Of a stretch of DNA of 64,000 nucleotides, positions 50,974 to 57,868 are shown one piece after another. Under the pieces are notes generated by a model that ran no database searches, was not told the DNA's origin, and saw nothing but the letters and a program-made list of their open reading frames with translations. The DNA is from a virus, in the IMG/VR virus record IMGVR_UViG_3300038415_000014, positions 119,534 to 183,533 of that record. One strand, given 5' to 3'. Position 1 is the stretch's first letter. The number at the start of each line of letters is the position of its first letter. The position numbers were made by a program, and so were the translations under genes.

Positions 50974-51002
50974 ACCATACCCCAAATAGGGTCGGATGTC
51001 CA
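50974..51002 (-). promoter_or_regulatory. Sigma-70-type promoter upstream of ssrA
   Basis: TGGACA-17 nt-TATGGT. Confidence 0.55.
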
Positions 51003-51016
51003 GGGGGTCTTAAAGG

Positions 51017-51050
51017 TCGAAGCACCCAGGCGGCCACCGAGGTGCTTCGA
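51017..51050 (-). terminator. Strong hairpin closing the upstream transcript
   Basis: 10-bp stem TCGAAGCACC/GGTGCTTCGA followed by CCTTT. Confidence 0.65.
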
Positions 51051-51053
51051 TAA

Positions 51054-51231
51054 TGACGGAGAGAAACAGGAGCAAGAAGTGGCTTCGGTTCAAATCCAGT
51101 AGCCGTCTATTGGTATGCCCTTCAACGCGGGTAATTTACCCCTGATCTGGGTATGAGTTAGCAGTGTGCTCTGGGTATAGCCGATTCCGTACCGGCGCCT
51201 CTCAGCGCTAATGATGTAGGCCTCTCCGTCA
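51054..51231 (-). ncRNA. Unclassified ~180-nt structured RNA candidate
   Basis: Ends pair perfectly (TGACGGAGAG/CTCTCCGTCA); internal hairpins; no ORF. Confidence 0.5.
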
Positions 51232-51262
51232 ACAGGGTCACGAGTACCCTGCCTGAGCCCAG

Positions 51263-51772
51263 CTACTCAAAGAGAGCTGGGTCCAAGTCTTTGAGATCCA
51301 CCTCTACCGTGTTGGCCGTCGCGATAGCCGCTCGAAGTCGACTAGCGTCCTTGGCTACCTTCGAAGCCAGCGCGGCCGCTTCAGAGGTGGTGATGGTGAA
51401 CCTTGCGTGCTCCCTTGCCGGGTCACGAGTATCTTCGTAGGGGCTAGAGTAGCGGTCCTTCTTTGGACTCGCCACCGAGCGCCACATCTTCTCCGAGCGC
51501 CCGAGACCCCCAATCAGCTTGATGGCCTGGGACAGAGTTATCGTAACGCCGTCAACGGTGACCGGGACGTTCAGATTGTACTCGGACTGCGCAGTCTGGA
51601 GCTTAGAGACGGCCATTTCAGCCGTCAGGTAACGATCCATTACCGACTGCGGGGTTTCCTTGGTCTCGTCCTTGAAGGCCTTCAGGGTCGTGTCGAAGAC
51701 CGAAGCGGCCTCGTCGGAGCGAAGCTTGTGGAATTTGATGGCTTCTCGAAGCCCGTATCCTGTGATTTTCAT
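51263..51772 (-). CDS. Helical hypothetical protein
   Basis: SD GGAG before MKITGYGLREA; the longer track start lies inside a tRNA-like gene. Confidence 0.7.
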   Translation of the reverse strand: MKITGYGLREAIKFHKLRSDEAASVFDTTLKAFKDETKETPQSVMDRYLTAEMAVSKLQTAQSEYNLNVPVTVDGVTITLSQAIKLIGGLGRSEKMWRSVASPKKDRYSSPYEDTRDPAREHARFTITTSEAAALASKVAKDASRLRAAIATANTVEVDLKDLDPALFE

Positions 51773-51834
51773 CTGAATCTCCGATTTGGATTGGCGTGCT
51801 ACCACGGAAGTCCTTCCCGTGTCAACACTTTCAG

Positions 51835-51906
51835 TACTGGGCATGGGACTCGAACCCATCTAATCTAGCTCGTCGTGCTAGCGCCATCCCTGATGACAAG
51901 CCCAGC
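51835..51906 (-). tRNA. Atypical tRNA-Val(GAC)-like
   Basis: All four stems pair; anticodon loop ACGACGA (A32, C33); no CCA. Confidence 0.6.
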
Positions 51907-51951
51907 GTGGAACTTGACCCTTGGGTCAAGTTGGCTAATTTAGTCAAGTTG

Positions 51952-52032
51952 TAGGCCATGGAGGAATCGAACCCCTACGCCACCTGTTAATAAGACAGGC
52001 GCCAGTACACCACCCGGCTTAGGCCACGGCCC
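51952..52032 (-). tRNA. Atypical tRNA-Ile(UAU)
   Basis: CCTGT-CTTATTA-ACAGG anticodon arm; 7-nt linker before a 5-bp D stem; U37. Confidence 0.6.
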
Positions 52033-52095
52033 ATAATAAGGCGTGATCCAAGCCATCGTATCTTGACCTTTGACATAAAAGCCTACCTTTGCTGT

Positions 52096-52797
52096 CTATG
52101 GGATTGTGTGAGCGTTATGCCCCCACGCCCCACGACCTCTTGTTTGAATTCCAAGCTTAGAGCATCTTTTCTTAATAGCCTTATCGGACACTCCGAATCG
52201 AGAGGCTAAAGTAGATAGCGGGTTCATTTCAACGAGGGCCTGCAGGTCTTCGTTGGTGGGCCATTCAATTTTGGTAACCCTTACTTTTGCTGACTTGACT
52301 ACCTTTCGGCGATTTCTTGAACGAAAAGTATCAGTTTGAGAGTGGCAGTTTGGGCAAAGGAATCTTAGATTTACTGGTACATCATTGGAACCATCACCGT
52401 CTATATGGTCAACCTCTAATACAATAGGGAAACCCATCCATATTGGTTCAGAGCCACACTTACTGCACACATAAGGAACTCCGATAGAGGTCAAAGCTCT
52501 GCGCAGGCGATGTGCTGGAAGCCTTGTACCATCCTGGTGCTTCACTAAAACTTTCTCTGGGGGTAGAGAAAAACTAGGGATAGGTTTTTTGACCCCCTTT
52601 GACCAACCAGATCCGATGAAGTGCTTAGTGTCGATTCCAAAGTACCTGATACGAGATCGTATGTAAGTGGCCATACCCCCTGATCTTGTTGGGGAGCCTA
52701 TCTTGTCAAGAACCTCTCTAACGGTACGACTCCCCTCAACAGCTCGAAGGAGCACTTCTTTGGTGTACTTTACTTCAGTAGCCATACTTATACCCAT
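52096..52797 (-). CDS. HNH homing endonuclease inside the tRNA array
   Basis: CSKC...LEVDHIDGDGSND...NLRFLCPNCHSQT, with flanking HTH segments. Confidence 0.85.
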   Translation of the reverse strand: MGISMATEVKYTKEVLLRAVEGSRTVREVLDKIGSPTRSGGMATYIRSRIRYFGIDTKHFIGSGWSKGVKKPIPSFSLPPEKVLVKHQDGTRLPAHRLRRALTSIGVPYVCSKCGSEPIWMGFPIVLEVDHIDGDGSNDVPVNLRFLCPNCHSQTDTFRSRNRRKVVKSAKVRVTKIEWPTNEDLQALVEMNPLSTLASRFGVSDKAIKKRCSKLGIQTRGRGAWGHNAHTIP

Positions 52798-52829
52798 CAA
52801 TAACACCTTTAGTTGGGTACGGCAACAGT

Positions 52830-52917
52830 TGGTGCACGAGAGAGGAATTGAACCTCCACGGGAATTACCCCACGGGTTTCTAAAACCCGCGCGTCTGCCT
52901 AGTTCCGCCACTCGTGC
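52830..52917 (-). tRNA. tRNA-Leu(UAG)
   Basis: Cloverleaf, long variable arm, CCA. Confidence 0.95.
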
Positions 52918-52919
52918 GT

Positions 52920-52997
52920 TGGTACCCCCGATACGAATTGAACGTACAACCTCCTGCTTGTAAGGCAGGCGCTTCTACCGGATTGAGCTACAGGGGC
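52920..52997 (-). tRNA. tRNA-Val(UAC)
   Basis: CCTGC-CTTACAA-GCAGG, CCA. Confidence 0.93.
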
Positions 52998-53003
52998 ATG
53001 AAT

Positions 53004-53079
53004 TGGTGCTGATGGCGGGACTCGAACCCACAACCTACGGCTTATGAAACCGCCGCGCTACCTGTTGCGCCACATCAGC
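53004..53079 (-). tRNA. tRNA with CAU anticodon (elongator Met or Ile2)
   Basis: GCGGT-TTCATAA-GCCGT, G1-C72, CCA. Confidence 0.9.
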
Positions 53080-53081
53080 AT

Positions 53082-53156
53082 TGGTACCCCTGAAAGGACT
53101 CGAACCTCCAACATTCGGCTTCGAAGGCCGCTACTCTTCCATTGAGTTACAGGGGC
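53082..53156 (-). tRNA. tRNA-Arg(UCG)
   Basis: Loop CTTCGAA, CCA. Confidence 0.93.
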
Positions 53157-53160
53157 ATAA

Positions 53161-53514
53161 CTAACGACGACTTCTACAGTTGACACTTCCGCCGGCATTG
53201 ACACTTCCGCCAATGTCATCAGCGTGAAGACTTCCACCAGCGGTAGCTGAACCCTGGATGTTTCCAGCATGAACACTCCCTCCAGCGGTCACGTTACCCG
53301 CTACGTCTCCACAGGTAACAGACCCTCTGTCAGCTCGAACGTTGATGAGGGGTCCTTCCCACTTGATCTCTACAACGCCTTGGAGCCCACCCTCTATGGT
53401 CACCCCATCAATAGAGACAACCCCGTCAACTATCGAAAGGTTGGACCCAGATGGGCTTTCTATGCGTTTACCGTTGATTATGATTACAGGCATGGACTGA
53501 ACTACACCAATCAT
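53161..53514 (-). CDS. Small beta-solenoid-like protein
   Basis: Repeats GNVTAGGSV/GSATAGGSL/GSVNAGGSV. Confidence 0.6.
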   Translation of the reverse strand: MIGVVQSMPVIIINGKRIESPSGSNLSIVDGVVSIDGVTIEGGLQGVVEIKWEGPLINVRADRGSVTCGDVAGNVTAGGSVHAGNIQGSATAGGSLHADDIGGSVNAGGSVNCRSRR

Positions 53515-53515
53515 G

Positions 53516-53643
53516 AGCCCCCGGAGGGATTCGAACCCTCAACACACGGCTTCGAGGTAAACTACAGAGGGGTTGTGAATCCTCCGGATGAACTCAGTCC
53601 CTCACCTTTGAATCCGGAACTCTATCCGTTGAGTTACGGGGGC
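53516..53643 (-). tRNA. tRNA-Arg-like gene with a 55-nt anticodon-loop insertion
   Basis: Intact acceptor, D (GGATA, A20) and T arms. Removing 55 nt restores a 73-nt cloverleaf with anticodon CCG or UCG. Confidence 0.75.
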
Positions 53644-53647
53644 ATAG

Positions 53648-53720
53648 CGATCCTGGTGAGACTTGAACTCACAATCTCCAGCTTCGGAGGCTGTTGCTCT
53701 ATCCATTAAGCTACAGGACC
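53648..53720 (-). tRNA. tRNA-Arg(CCG)
   Basis: Loop CTCCGAA, A20. Confidence 0.93.
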
Positions 53721-53722
53721 AT

Positions 53723-53798
53723 TGGCGTCCGCGAGAGGACTCGAACCTCCATCCTCCAGCTTCGCAAGCTGTTGCTCCTCCAATCGAGCTGCGCGGAC
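53723..53798 (-). tRNA. tRNA-Arg(GCG)
   Basis: Loop TTGCGAA, CCA. Confidence 0.9.
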
Positions 53799-53838
53799 AT
53801 TGGCTGGCTCAACCCACCCAAGGGTCGAGCCAGAGGAA

Positions 53839-54357
53839 TCAGAAACGATACAGTTGAGCCTCGAAGGCTACCGACTCCCGAGTGAGGTTCTCTTCGTCTT
53901 CACCAATCACGGCCACACTGGAGTCAGGGATCAGCTTTGATATGTGAACCACCGCATTCCAGATGACCCCTTGGATGTTTTGCTTCAAGTTCTCAATCTT
54001 GGTCTCAGCATCGAAGATATCCCTACAATGCTTACGGATATCACAGAAAGTGCTTGGATTCACCCAGATGTGGTCAACCTTTCTGTCCCGGCGCTCTACC
54101 GTATGAAAAGCATCGGCGATGATATCGGGTGTGATGAAGGTCCCTGTCGTCAAGGAACGCTCGAAGCAATGAAGGGCTTCCTTCAAGTGCTCGAACCCCT
54201 TCTCCTGCATCGGGTTTCGGTGAGTCTTCTCACTCACCTTGGTAGCCAGCAAGAGGAAGTCACTTCTCATCCGATTGATGACTTCGATCTGACTTTCTGT
54301 GAACAATCTCTTAGGTCCGAATGTAGCTTGAATGTCTAAAGGCATGCTAACCTCCAA
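53839..54357 (-). CDS. Two-part hypothetical protein (helical hairpin plus capsid-like segment)
   Basis: 172-aa ORF between tRNAs; see findings. Confidence 0.6.
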   Translation of the reverse strand: MEVSMPLDIQATFGPKRLFTESQIEVINRMRSDFLLLATKVSEKTHRNPMQEKGFEHLKEALHCFERSLTTGTFITPDIIADAFHTVERRDRKVDHIWVNPSTFCDIRKHCRDIFDAETKIENLKQNIQGVIWNAVVHISKLIPDSSVAVIGEDEENLTRESVAFEAQLYRF

Positions 54358-54376
54358 GACCCAAGTACACCGTAAT

Positions 54377-54452
54377 TGGTACCCCTGGCAGGATTCGAAC
54401 CTGCAACAAACGGTTTAGAAAACCGCTAGTCTATCCGTTGACCTACAGGGGC
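54377..54452 (-). tRNA. tRNA-Arg(UCU)
   Basis: Loop TTTCTAA, CCA. Confidence 0.95.
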
Positions 54453-54456
54453 AAAA

Positions 54457-55023
54457 CTAAACGGGCAGAGTTCCTATGTTGCCAGCCATCAGGGCTGCGT
54501 AGTCGAACTTCTTCCCGAGGCAATCGTGGATGCTGACAGTCCCCTTCCCGTATTCGAGGAACTTGTCGTTGTAGATGAGAATGCTTCGGGGAATCTTGAT
54601 CTCCCCCTTGACGAAGGAAACCCCCGTGGTGGTCATTCGATAGAACCCGGCGCGGTTGCTCCCATCCTTGCGCTTCTCTTCGGGCTTCTCCTCGATGACC
54701 CTCCAATATCTGAGCTTGGCCCAATCCCCACCGCGAACCGCTGGACCGATCGTTGCCATGCTTGAGAGATACTCGGGGACGTGGAGCCACCCTTCCCCAT
54801 CATTGTGCAAGAAATGTCGGTAGATCAAGATGGCTACGTAAGCCATGGACCCCGTGATCTCGCGCTCGTAGACCTTGACAAGCTGGCTACAACACGGACA
54901 GTAAACCCCGGAGCCACGAGACAGGCGCTTCATTTTGCCCTGAAGCTCGGCGATAACTTCCCGGGCTTCGGGCTCCAAGGTCATCTTGATGGGCTTCTTC
55001 GCTGACATACCAAGCGAATACAC
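54457..55023 (-). CDS. Hypothetical protein (CPCC, winged-helix-like)
   Basis: 188-aa ORF. Confidence 0.6.
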   Translation of the reverse strand: MYSLGMSAKKPIKMTLEPEAREVIAELQGKMKRLSRGSGVYCPCCSQLVKVYEREITGSMAYVAILIYRHFLHNDGEGWLHVPEYLSSMATIGPAVRGGDWAKLRYWRVIEEKPEEKRKDGSNRAGFYRMTTTGVSFVKGEIKIPRSILIYNDKFLEYGKGTVSIHDCLGKKFDYAALMAGNIGTLPV

Positions 55024-55034
55024 CGAAAAACTGA

Positions 55035-55136
55035 GGGAGACAAGAGAAGCCGAAAGATGCCTCCGTAAGGCGATCCCCCATAGTGGCGGGGGATTTCAGA
55101 TTTGAACTAAATGTACTTCCGAGCAAGCATTCTCCC
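55035..55136 (-). ncRNA. YrlA-like Y RNA 1 (permuted tRNA domain)
   Basis: GGGAGA-ATGC...CTTG-TCTCCC closing helix; T arm (TTCAAAT), closed acceptor hairpin ATCCCCC/GGGGGAT, D-like arm. Confidence 0.75.
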
Positions 55137-55212
55137 TGGAGCGGACGAAGGGAATCGAACCCTCAACATTCAGCTTGGAAGGCTGACACTCTACCAATTG
55201 AGCTACGTCCGC
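55137..55212 (-). tRNA. tRNA-Gly(UCC)
   Basis: Loop CTTCCAA, CCA. Confidence 0.95.
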
Positions 55213-55219
55213 AAAACGT

Positions 55220-55297
55220 TGGAGTCGAGGGTGGGATTTGAACCCACGAATCGTCGGTTTTGCAAACCGCGCCCTTGAACCACTTGGGTACCTCGAC
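55220..55297 (-). tRNA. tRNA-Cys(GCA)
   Basis: Loop TTGCAAA, U73, CCA. Confidence 0.95.
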
Positions 55298-55321
55298 ATA
55301 ACTGAGGAACCCGATAACCTG

Positions 55322-55966
55322 CTACAGGCCGAGTTCCGTATCTACAAAGTCTGGGTAGCTAGCATGAAGCTTCTTGGCCAGCTTAGACCAAGTTTCAGCT
55401 TCAGCTCGATAGCGACCCTTGTCTGCATCACTAGTCTCTTGCTTCACATCGTTGATAGTGAAGTGAACCTTACCTGTTATGAACTTGTAGCAAAGCTCAA
55501 GCTTCATAACAGCCCATTTCCCGAGAAGCTTGAAGTCATACTTCGGGAAGTCATCCGCGAACTCTAGACACTTATCAGCAGTATCATAGGGGGTCAACGT
55601 TGCGAAGTGTACTTGGTCCTTTGAGTCTAGATACAAGCACCCTGCTACTCCAGCATAGGTCGTTGCCTTCGGCTTGTTCCAGACTTCACGATCCGCAATC
55701 TTTGGGTTCGTAGTCTGACTTACCATACGGTAGCCCTTCTTAGGGACATACTCGACCCAATAACGGATCTTGCATCGAAGACGGAAGCCGTAGGGATAGT
55801 CGTCGACTACGTAAGCATTGCTCATCGAGTCATGCCCGTAGAGTGGTTTCTGGACGCTTGCCGTCTTATGTGTCTTGATACTCGCCTCGATGAAACGAGA
55901 TGCAACATTTTGGGCCGTTAGGGCGTCTTGGAAGGCAACCAGCTCGCGAGTCATACTCTGGACCAT
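55322..55966 (-). CDS. Hypothetical protein with N-terminal NVASRF/KTAS motifs
   Basis: 214-aa ORF. Confidence 0.65.
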   Translation of the reverse strand: MVQSMTRELVAFQDALTAQNVASRFIEASIKTHKTASVQKPLYGHDSMSNAYVVDDYPYGFRLRCKIRYWVEYVPKKGYRMVSQTTNPKIADREVWNKPKATTYAGVAGCLYLDSKDQVHFATLTPYDTADKCLEFADDFPKYDFKLLGKWAVMKLELCYKFITGKVHFTINDVKQETSDADKGRYRAEAETWSKLAKKLHASYPDFVDTELGL

Positions 55967-55982
55967 AGCATAAGAGGTTTAG

Positions 55983-56055
55983 AGCGGGTAACCAGGATCG
56001 AACTGGCCGATTCCAACTTGGCAAGCTGGTTCCTCACCATTGAGGAGATACCCGC
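55983..56055 (-). tRNA. tRNA-Gly(GCC)
   Basis: Loop TTGCCAA. Confidence 0.92.
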
Positions 56056-56059
56056 ATAG

Positions 56060-56094
56060 AAACAGAGAAGCCCGACTCTCGCCGGGCTCTCAAG
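56060..56094 (-). terminator. Terminator-like hairpin
   Basis: GCCCGGC-GAGA-GTCGGGC followed by TTCTCTGTTT. Confidence 0.55.
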
Positions 56095-56174
56095 GGGGCG
56101 GCCGTTCCCGGCAACCCTCCACCACTACTCAATGATGGCCCACTGAGTAGGTGACCACCCTAGCATGAAGATTT

Positions 56175-56306
56175 CCCGAAGACAAGAGATCGTGAAGACG
56201 ACTAGGGCCTCCCATTAGCTGACGACCAGCTCGCGCCAATCGACGGGATTCGAACCCGCATTCCTTACTTTCGAGGTAAATGTAGTCCCCAACAGCATTC
56301 TTCGGG
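56175..56306 (-). ncRNA. YrlA-like Y RNA 2 (permuted tRNA domain plus anticodon-like hairpin)
   Basis: CCCGAAGA/TCTTCGGG closing helix with ATGC/CTTG; GACTA/TAGTC; T arm GCGGG-TTCGAAT-CCCGT; 8-bp acceptor hairpin with GCGA loop; D loop AATGG. Confidence 0.85.
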
Positions 56307-56309
56307 CGG

Positions 56310-56382
<73 letters not shown>

Positions 56383-56383
56383 A

Positions 56384-56692
56384 TTATTTGTTGTAGTACT
56401 CTGGATTAGATAACTCGAAACGGAGCAGAATCTTCCTAGAAGAATCAAAGACAGCCGTGATGTAACCAAGCTCTGAGTCAGGCATTACCCCCACAATCCC
56501 GTTAAGGATCCCAAGGAGTCCAACCACCGGAACCTTACCCTCAGTGTTGACTTGAACCGAAGAGTGGTCTGTGAGAGCTTGATTTGTAGGGGTCCTGAAC
56601 TCGACCAGATTATACATTGCTGATGGATCAAGAGCCAAGTACTCATTGAGGCTATTGATGACTCGATTGGCTAGAGCTTCCTCAGTTGACAT
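56384..56692 (-). CDS. Hypothetical protein
   Basis: Start placed at MSTEEALANR; the track start lies in a tRNA. Confidence 0.65.
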   Translation of the reverse strand: MSTEEALANRVINSLNEYLALDPSAMYNLVEFRTPTNQALTDHSSVQVNTEGKVPVVGLLGILNGIVGVMPDSELGYITAVFDSSRKILLRFELSNPEYYNK

Positions 56693-56713
56693 GACTCTCA
56701 AATACACCAAGAG

Positions 56714-56789
56714 TGGAGCGGGAGAAGGGAATCGAACCCTCGACAACGTGCTTGGGAAGCACGGACTCTACCAGCTGAGCTACTCCCGC
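56714..56789 (-). tRNA. tRNA-Gly(CCC)
   Basis: Loop TTCCCAA, CCA. Confidence 0.95.
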
Positions 56790-56799
56790 ATTTGATTAG

Positions 56800-56871
56800 A
56801 GCTGGTGATGGGACTTGAACCCGCAACATCCTGCTTACAAAACAGGTGCTCTACCATTGAGCTACACCAGC
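56800..56871 (-). tRNA. tRNA-Thr(UGU)
   Basis: Loop TTTGTAA. Confidence 0.93.
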
Positions 56872-56878
56872 GAAGTTG

Positions 56879-56951
56879 TGGAGCTGAGGAGAGTTGAACT
56901 CCCGATCTTTGCAGTGCGAGTGCAACGCTTTCCCAACTAAGCTACAGCCCC
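56879..56951 (-). tRNA. tRNA-Ala(CGC)
   Basis: Loop CTCGCAC, G3.U70. Confidence 0.93.
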
Positions 56952-56955
56952 ATAG

Positions 56956-57027
56956 TGGAACCAGACGGAGTCGAACCGACGTACTTAGATTGCAGATCTA
57001 AGGTCCTCCCAATTAGACGATGGTCCC
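56956..57027 (-). tRNA. tRNA-Ala(UGC) with C33
   Basis: TTAGA-TCTGCAA-TCTAA, G3.U70. Confidence 0.85.
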
Positions 57028-57591
57028 ATAGTTACCTACCCATTTGTGTTCTGGTACACCTCTAGTTTTCAATGTGTGACACCAAACACATAAGACTTGC
57101 CAGTTTCTGATGCTATTGTTCTTTCGGTCAGAATCGATGTGGTGAACATCTAGCATCCTCGGGTCCTCCGAGTAGCCACAACTACCGCACCTAGCCCCGT
57201 AGATACGAAACGCTTGTTCTCGATAGTTGGTACCCTCCCCATTACCAGTACCATAATGTGGCGGGTGAAGTTCTATCAAACCTCCAATCCGTTGAGCTGT
57301 ATCTTTACAAGATCTAGTGCAGAAGTGTAGGTCTTTCCTTGACCTTTTTAGCTTACCAGGCGTAGTCTCAAATGGCTTACCGCACCAATTACAGACAACC
57401 ATAATTCTAGCTCGCGAACCCAATCGGGCACAGGAGCGACAACAGTACTTCTTGCTAACATGCTTTGGAGCATAGAAGGGAGTATTGCAAGACGAGATTG
57501 AACAGTATCGGAGCACCAAGACTCGCATTGACCCGTCGTAGGTGTCCGAGACGATCTCTAACAGAGGATTGGGTGTCATACAGACTTGCAT
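57013..57591 (-). CDS. HNH homing endonuclease with Zn-finger repeats
   Basis: CGSC...LDVHHIDSDRKNN...NWQVLCVWCH; stop lies inside tRNA-Ala(UGC). Confidence 0.85.
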   Translation of the reverse strand: MQVCMTPNPLLEIVSDTYDGSMRVLVLRYCSISSCNTPFYAPKHVSKKYCCRSCARLGSRARIMVVCNWCGKPFETTPGKLKRSRKDLHFCTRSCKDTAQRIGGLIELHPPHYGTGNGEGTNYREQAFRIYGARCGSCGYSEDPRMLDVHHIDSDRKNNSIRNWQVLCVWCHTLKTRGVPEHKWVGNYGTIV

Positions 57592-57631
57592 ACACCATGC
57601 GAGTCACGAACGCTCCTCAAGTATCAGTACA

Positions 57632-57778
57632 CTAATTGTGCTTATCAGGACGCTGACAATGAGTATCATGATGGAGATACTCGCCCTGATAACACCAGGA
57701 GTTGCAGTACCCACAGACTTGAACGTGGGGTTCCTTCTTGGACTCAACCTTAGGACCCTTCACGATTTCTGCTTCCAT
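57632..57778 (-). CDS. Small Cys/His-rich protein
   Basis: MEAEIV...CGYC...HHDTHC; SD GAGG. Confidence 0.45.
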   Translation of the reverse strand: MEAEIVKGPKVESKKEPHVQVCGYCNSWCYQGEYLHHDTHCQRPDKHN

Positions 57779-57795
57779 AGAAACCTCGTTCTTAG

Positions 57796-57867
57796 TGGAG
57801 CTGAAGGGGATCGAACCCTCAACCTCTTGTCTGCCAGACAAACGCTCTCCCATTGAGCTACAGCCCC
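57796..57867 (-). tRNA. tRNA-Ala(GGC)
   Basis: Loop CTGGCAG, G3.U70. Confidence 0.93.
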
Positions 57868-57868
57868 A

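Noticed and set aside
51100-51215. TPP-riboswitch-like words (CUGAGA, AUACCC, GAUC..GG.UAA..CC.GCG..AGGG)
   Set aside because: Order and pairing do not give the P1-P5 aptamer, and no thiamine gene follows
53545-53615. Canonical BHB or self-splicing intron in the tRNA-Arg insertion
   Set aside because: The junction gives an AA/C internal loop rather than 3-4-3 geometry, and 55 nt is too short for a group I/II core; kept only as an unexplained insertion
56095-56130. SAM-I-like words GGUGGAGGG and CCCGGCAACC
   Set aside because: The two words are on opposite strands; no coherent aptamer
56225-56306. tRNA-Ser(CGA) call from the anticodon-like and T arms
   Set aside because: No upstream acceptor 5' strand or D arm; these lie downstream, so it is a permuted Y-like RNA
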